A stretch of DNA of 64,000 nt from Nitrosopumilus sp. Lineage in GTDB: Archaea; Thermoproteota; Nitrososphaeria; Nitrososphaerales; Nitrosopumilaceae. The notes below the pieces were generated by a model. It was not told the origin of the DNA. It did not search any database and saw only the letters and a program-made list of their open reading frames with translations. The position numbers and the translations under genes were made by a program. Every line of letters starts with the position of its first letter. The first letter of the stretch is position 1. Below, in pieces: positions 58,466-64,000 of the stretch. The DNA is taken from positions 1,664,001 to 1,728,000 of the forward strand of contig OZ241981.1 of NCBI GenBank assembly GCA_965204345.1. The letters are read 5' to 3'.

Positions 58466-60493
58466 TTGGCTGAAAATCACCTTGCTAATGAGAGCAGCCC
58501 ATACTTGCTTCAGCATGCCAACAACCCCGTTGACTGGTATGGGTGGAATGATGGTGCACTAAAGAAGGCAAGGGATGAAAACAAGCCCATCTTTTTGAGT
58601 GTTGGGTATAGCTCCTGCCACTGGTGCCATGTTATGGCTCATGAATCATTTGAAAATGAGGATGTTGCTGAATTTATGAATGACAACTTTGTTAACATAA
58701 AAGTTGATCGGGAGGAGCGTCCTGACATAGATGATATCTATCAAAAAGTCTGTCAGATGGCAACTGGTCAGGGAGGCTGGCCTCTGAGTGTCTTTCTTAC
58801 TCCTGATCAAAAGCCATTTTACGTTGGAACCTATTTTCCTGTTTTGGATTCTTATGGCCGTCGGGGATTTGGAAGTATTTGCAGGCAACTGGCCCAAGCA
58901 TGGAAAGAAAAACCAGACGATATTGAAAAATCTGCCGGACAATTTCTTGGTGCGCTGCACAAGACAGAGACGATTCAAACTAGTTCCGCATTGGAACGAA
59001 CCATCCTTGATGAGGCTGTTGTGAATCTATTTCAGTTAGGGGATGCAACCTATGGCGGATTTGGCTCTGCCCCTAAATTCCCAAATGCCGCAAATATTTC
59101 ATTTTTGTTCAGATATGCCAAGCTCTCAGGGCTGGGCAAATTCAATGAATTTGCGCTCAAAACTCTCAAAAAAATGGCCAAGGGAGGCATCTTTGATCAA
59201 ATTGGAGGCGGCTTTTCTAGGTACTCTACAGATGCCAAATGGCTGGTACCTCACTTTGAAAAAATGCTTTATGATAATGCACTGATGGCTGTAAATTATG
59301 CTGAGGCATATCAAATAACAAAGGATTCATTTTATCTTGACATCTTGCAAAGGACGCTTGATTTTGTTTTGCGTGAGATGACTCTGCCTGAAGGCGGCTT
59401 TTACTCTGCCTATGATGCTGATTCTGAGGGCGTGGAGGGCAAGTTCTATGTCTGGAAAAAAAGTGAAATCAAAGAGGTGCTTGGAGATGACGCTGATCTA
59501 TTCTGCCTTTACTATGACGTAACTGATGGGGGCAATTGGGAAGGAAGTAATATTTTATGCAACAATCTCAGCCTTTCTACTGTCGCTTTTAACTTTGGTA
59601 TTTCTGAACAGGATGCCAAAACGGTTCTAAATTCATGCGCTAAAAAATTACTCAAAGTTCGCTCAAAGAGAATTCCTCCTGGTTTGGATGACAAAGTACT
59701 GGTTTCTTGGAATTCATTGATGATAACTGCATTTGCAAAAGGATATAGAGTAACCGGTGATATCAGGTATCTAAACGCTGCCAAAGACTGCATTTCCTTT
59801 ATTGAAAGAAACCTCCTTGATGATGAAAAATTGCTACGAACTTACAAAAATGGGCATGCAAAGATTGATGGATATCTTGAGGACTATTCTTATTTTACAA
59901 ATGCATTATTAGACGTATTTGAAATTGAGTCTGATCCTAAATATCTTAAATTGGCATTAAAGCTTAGTCATCATTTACTAGATCATTTTTGGGATTCAGA
60001 GCATAGCAGTTTCTTTATGACCTCAGATGAGCATGAGGAATTAATCATACGCCCAAAAAGCAACTATGATTTGTCATTGCCTTCTGGAAACTCCGTCTCT
60101 GCATTTGTGATGCTCAGATTATACCATCTTTCACAAGAACAAACTTTTTTGGATATTTCTACCAAAATCATGGAATCTCAGGCGCAAATGGCCGCAGAAA
60201 ATCCGTTTGGATTTGGGTATTTGCTAAATACAATCTCCATACATGTCCAAAAACCCGTGGAAATCACCATCATTAATGCAGAAAATTCCAAACTGTGCCA
60301 ATCCTTGCTTTTGGATTACCATCCAAACTCTATGATAGTTACAATCAAAAATTCATCCCATCTGGATGAGCTTTTAGAATATCCTTTCTTTAAAGGCAAA
60401 ACTTTTGAAGACAAAACGTCTGTCTTTGTTTGTAGGGATTTTACGTGCTCTTTGCCTTTACACACGCTTGATGAGATAAACTCACATCTTTAG
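58466..60493 (+). CDS. Thioredoxin-domain YyaL/SPATA20 (DUF255) protein
   Basis: [40 protein letters not shown]. Confidence 0.93.
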   Translation: MAENHLANESSPYLLQHANNPVDWYGWNDGALKKARDENKPIFLSVGYSSCHWCHVMAHESFENEDVAEFMNDNFVNIKVDREERPDIDDIYQKVCQMATGQGGWPLSVFLTPDQKPFYVGTYFPVLDSYGRRGFGSICRQLAQAWKEKPDDIEKSAGQFLGALHKTETIQTSSALERTILDEAVVNLFQLGDATYGGFGSAPKFPNAANISFLFRYAKLSGLGKFNEFALKTLKKMAKGGIFDQIGGGFSRYSTDAKWLVPHFEKMLYDNALMAVNYAEAYQITKDSFYLDILQRTLDFVLREMTLPEGGFYSAYDADSEGVEGKFYVWKKSEIKEVLGDDADLFCLYYDVTDGGNWEGSNILCNNLSLSTVAFNFGISEQDAKTVLNSCAKKLLKVRSKRIPPGLDDKVLVSWNSLMITAFAKGYRVTGDIRYLNAAKDCISFIERNLLDDEKLLRTYKNGHAKIDGYLEDYSYFTNALLDVFEIESDPKYLKLALKLSHHLLDHFWDSEHSSFFMTSDEHEELIIRPKSNYDLSLPSGNSVSAFVMLRLYHLSQEQTFLDISTKIMESQAQMAAENPFGFGYLLNTISIHVQKPVEITIINAENSKLCQSLLLDYHPNSMIVTIKNSSHLDELLEYPFFKGKTFEDKTSVFVCRDFTCSLPLHTLDEINSHL

Positions 60494-60810
60494 ATTTTTT
60501 TTAAATCTACTTCTATGATGTTTCCAACTTGCGGCCTGCCCATCTTTTCATATCTTGATTTTGGCATTCCGATTGTTATCTGTGTTTGCTGATATGTCTT
60601 GACATTGACTGCTGGCTGCGCTGCCAAAATAGCTTCTAATAGCGGCATGACTTGCTCTTTGGTCTCAGCATCAAGCTTGTTTGAAACATTTTCAATAATC
60701 ATCTGCTTTTGTGAGATTGGCTCAGTTGAAATGTTTTCAATTAATGTCAATTGCAACATCTGACCATTGTCAATTATCTGCGTGATTTTAAACTCGTTTG
60801 TATCTGACAT
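60490..60810 (-). CDS. Hypothetical protein
   Basis: Clean ORF ending [10 protein letters not shown]. Confidence 0.72.
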   Translation of the reverse strand: MSDTNEFKITQIIDNGQMLQLTLIENISTEPISQKQMIIENVSNKLDAETKEQVMPLLEAILAAQPAVNVKTYQQTQITIGMPKSRYEKMGRPQVGNIIEVDLKKI

Positions 60811-60841
60811 TATACGGTTTGATTTTTCTCATGATTTATCT

Positions 60842-60934
60842 TTAACGAATTGCAAAATAGAGTGCTATTACTGCTGTGGCTACTGCTGAAGACACTCCTA
60901 ACCCGAAAATGATCTTGCTTCCATCCACATTCAT
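60842..60934 (-). CDS. 30-aa single-TM microprotein (not in ORF track)
   Basis: MNVDGSKIIFGLGVSSAVATAVIALYFAIR; TTTAAT box ~25 nt upstream. Confidence 0.55.
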   Translation of the reverse strand: MNVDGSKIIFGLGVSSAVATAVIALYFAIR

Positions 60935-60983
60935 GCTGTTTCTCTGTAATTCTTGAAATTAAACTGTACTGATTCTCTGAAAA

Positions 60984-61328
60984 TTATTTTTGTGGTTCTT
61001 CTTCTGGACCTGTCTTCTTTGGCTCTGCTTCCCTGCTGTCTTCTGCTCTGGGCGGGCTGATTATTGCCTTTTTGATTAGTGCCGCTTTTTCTTTTATTAT
61101 CTGATTAAATTCACTCATATCCTCCAAGCTTGGTGTCTGTTGTTGGTTTTGGCATGCCTGCAAAAACCCCGAATACACACATCCCGTGATTATTCCAAAC
61201 GCTGTATCCGGAACTGATTCTATCTCCGGCACAAAATTCTCTGCTATCTGCTTGTAGGATTCTGACTCGTTAATGTAGTAATCTATCAAACTATCTATGA
61301 ATTCCTTATTTTCTTTAGAGATCCCCAT
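60984..61328 (-). CDS. Conserved hypothetical protein
   Basis: Clean ORF (DTAFGIITGCVYSGF); TATA box upstream. Confidence 0.78.
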   Translation of the reverse strand: MGISKENKEFIDSLIDYYINESESYKQIAENFVPEIESVPDTAFGIITGCVYSGFLQACQNQQQTPSLEDMSEFNQIIKEKAALIKKAIISPPRAEDSREAEPKKTGPEEEPQK

Positions 61329-61383
61329 ATCACTTTTTGCTTGTTTTCTAGTTTATTTAATTGTCTTTGATGGTTAATCGTTT

Positions 61384-61411
61384 ATTTAGCTTATATTTTA
61401 CTATAATCCAT
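61384..61411. repeat. 28-bp island-edge motif (copy of 54206-54233)
   Basis: 26/28 identity; partial dyad with a 6-bp centre. Confidence 0.8.
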
Positions 61412-61515
61412 TTTATTCATTTGATAATTGATTGTGTGTTTTACTCTATTTGTTTTATCAAAATCACTAATTTGTACTTAAATTCATTACTTTAATTCTT
61501 TCCTAGTTCATACAC

Positions 61516-61587
61516 TTCAAAGGGTTTGTGCTACAAACACTGTGAGCTTGCAGTCTCAAGTGTTGTTCAAAGGGTTTGTGCTACAAA
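61516..61587. repeat. Two perfect 22-bp direct repeats separated by 28 bp
   Basis: TTCAAAGGGTTTGTGCTACAAA at 61516 and 61566; internal dyad TTTGT-GCT-ACAAA. Confidence 0.9.
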
Positions 61588-62929
61588 GATACGCATGCTT
61601 ATATGATGTTTCACACTCCTTTTCAGGCATTATAAACAAGTATATCTGAAATTTCAGAACTGGTATCATTTTTTTATAGAATAATTTGGCATATTTTTTA
61701 TGAAGGAGCTGGTAGCAATGATCAGTCATTGTGTCATTATGGCAGAATTTCGAATTAAAAAAAGGCTCAAAATATGAAATCCGTGCCGAGACCCAAGGGG
61801 GCACAAAGGTATGAATGAGTTTGACAACCTAATCATAAAATCCGTGAAAAAGACAATCAGAAAAGATTTTGGCGATGTTGGAAACATGGTATTTCTGGAA
61901 ATAAATCTCAAAGAATTTGCTTGGGAAGTTTGTTTGAAAAACACCCAATCGTTATACTTTGGATTCTATTTTTTTACATCTATGCATAAATTAACACAGA
62001 TATCTGAAAACAAGTCAGGTTTTCCTGCAACATATCTACAGAAATTTCGCTAGTCGTTGTATAGTCTTTGATTCCTTTGCTTTTCTTACAAAACTAGAGG
62101 GTTTTGCTATCAATTCATCTGAATATGACGGATGCTTGTTCTCTCTGGGTATAACTTTTCTAGGTTTCCAAGGATTTCTAAAAAAAGGTGATGCCCTGAT
62201 GGCAATCTGTTACTGTATATCCCACTTTTTGTGTTTTTTTAATTCATTTACCACAAAAGCTGTAGAAATAAACCGCTTTGGTTTATGGACTTTGTATGAT
62301 GTTCACTTGATTGTGATTTCTGATCAGCGGTGTTGCTCATTGCAAATCTTCCAAATATCTGGTCATCTCAAAATTTGATTTTTTTTCTGCTTGTACAAGT
62401 ATTAAATCCGAAAATAATGAAAAAACTCTATCATTTACCAAACGTCCGTTTTTTCCTAAAAATTTTAAAACAAATTTGATTGTCTGACCATTCCAAGTGT
62501 TCCCCTCATAACTAATTTATCTGGATGCGACCCCTGTCTTTGATAATCTTTTTTGAGTTTTTTAAACCACCCTTCAATCTCTGGACTTTCCTTGGTCTGT
62601 TTTTATTTTTTGATACATAACATAAATGTCAGATGCGTTATTTGCAAAATTTTTGAGTTTTTCTAGGTTTCTTAGGGCATACTGCTAGATGACCTAACGC
62701 TTATGCGGATGCGGCGCTTTGAGGATTGTGCTTTTCTCAGAGTTATTTGAGCCTACTATGACATTTGGTTTTCCAAAATTTGTCTGATATTCCTCGTTAA
62801 AACACCCAAAATTTTTTATTTTTATAAAATCCGGCACAAGGGTCATTTTGTCTTCTCTGCCATACTGTTCGGATCTGATTACACTGTTAACTAGATCATC
62901 TCATAATTAAAAAGAGGGTGCCAGATATG

Positions 62930-64000
62930 TCATCCACACGTGCAGGTGGTGAAACTGATTTTTACATCGTCAATTTGTATGTCCTCGTTGAAGCTATCCT
63001 GCTGGGTTACAAACCGCAAATTAAAATCAGACACTCCAATGTATTCTGACAAGTCAAATGATTCTTCGTGCCATGTGCCGTCATTGCCTTTACTGTTTGC
63101 AGACCAGTCGTATATGGTGTCCCATGTCCTGCCATTATACAGCTCTACTTTGAGATACTCGTCTTCACCTAGTGCCGAGTCAACGAATCTCCAAAATGAC
63201 AGGGATGCCGAAGGGTGTGACAGATCCATTGGATCATCTGGGATGAATGTGCCATTCCTGATGCCCTCTACCCTTGTTTTGATTTCTTGTGGCATGTCTA
63301 TTGGATTATCTAGGGCGATTGTACAGGAGTTCACACATTCATCAGCGTGCAGTACCGGATTGGTTGAGTTATGGCCAGGTGCTGGTGAGACAAAATGCTT
63401 TTTTGGTGTGGATATTATCCAGTCGTCTTGGCCAGTTTGAGTCCAGTCGTCCAGTCCGTCTTCAAAGTTATCTGAAAATATGGGCGGGATTTCGGATGGT
63501 GGACGAGGAGGGTCGTTAAGCTCATATTTTACATTTATGCCCCATTCGTTGAGTGTCCCAACATCCCCTATTTCATAGTCCCCTACTGAGAGAACCCAGT
63601 CGCCTTTAATGTAGGATTTTTCAAGCACATCAAATAATGGAGCAGTATATGTCTGTCTGATGTACTCAGCACTGTAGTCACTGTCGTCACTGTTCTCATG
63701 AAGGATAATCTCTGTTCCGTTTGGAGATGTAAGAACTAGTTTAAGATCATTAATGTGGGTATGTGTAATGTCTACTGATACAGATAAATCAGCTAGCTCT
63801 CCGTTTGTCGGGATGGTTATGGTACTAGTCGTATTCTGATTTCTCGTATTGTCCGGTATTGCAAAAGTGGAGAATGCTGTTGACTGGTATGTAGAGTATG
63901 GAGAACACGGGTCTGTAGGACATTGTACTAGAAAGTATTCGACACCCATCTCGACATCGTTGAGATTAGGTGCAGTAGAATTACCCACGTTATTTGGAGT
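62930..64000 (-). CDS. C-terminal part of a secreted protein with a proprotein-convertase P-domain and a MAM-like domain (5' end outside window)
   Basis: VSVDITHTHINDLKLVLTSPNGT..GDWVLSVGD..GTLNEWGI (P-domain); FSDNFEDG..LSFWRFVD..IQIDDVKI; frame open to window edge. Confidence 0.85.
   Translation of the reverse strand, partial: TPNNVGNSTAPNLNDVEMGVEYFLVQCPTDPCSPYSTYQSTAFSTFAIPDNTRNQNTTSTITIPTNGELADLSVSVDITHTHINDLKLVLTSPNGTEIILHENSDDSDYSAEYIRQTYTAPLFDVLEKSYIKGDWVLSVGDYEIGDVGTLNEWGINVKYELNDPPRPPSEIPPIFSDNFEDGLDDWTQTGQDDWIISTPKKHFVSPAPGHNSTNPVLHADECVNSCTIALDNPIDMPQEIKTRVEGIRNGTFIPDDPMDLSHPSASLSFWRFVDSALGEDEYLKVELYNGRTWDTIYDWSANSKGNDGTWHEESFDLSEYIGVSDFNLRFVTQQDSFNEDIQIDDVKISFTTCTCG

Overview
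Archaeal DNA whose gene content and order point to a Nitrosopumilaceae (Thaumarchaeota) genome; the serpin, secreted proteases and IS debris suggest a host-associated lineage, which is an inference. The core backbone has dtdA, ogt, rpl19e/rpl32e, pckA, an S8 protease, sod, pfdA-ftsY-argF, rpl18-rps5-rpl30-rpl15-secY-adk-DUF106-cmk-cbf5, an intron-containing tRNA-Ser(GGA), a 2-oxoacid:ferredoxin oxidoreductase, heme o synthase, cdc48, EF-1beta, pth2, truD, an alcohol dehydrogenase and a YyaL-like gene. Five accessory islands interrupt it. (1) ~16.1-18.8 kb after the tRNA: a doubly frameshifted serpin and an IS6-like mini element. (2) ~32.9-36.55 kb: an integrase pseudogene and a coupled pair of P-loop ATPases behind two perfect 52-bp multi-palindromic repeats. 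(3) 37043-47699: a transposase-free composite unit bounded by inverted ~320-bp IS6-like MITEs with a near-perfect 8-bp target duplication, carrying a subtilase and a 2255-aa metalloprotease/adhesin. (4) ~54.2-58.1 kb: a frameshifted membrane wHTH and S1 protease, plus a possible toxin precursor with a small membrane partner. (5) ~61.4 kb to the end: repeats, gene debris and a truncated P-domain protein. The strongest observations are the MITE-bounded composite, a shared 'IS6 end + promoter + signal + Cys-domain' leader fused to unrelated payloads (serpin versus giant protease), the palindrome-preceded ATPase pair, and several short motifs shared between island edges. All identities were counted by eye; no searches were run.
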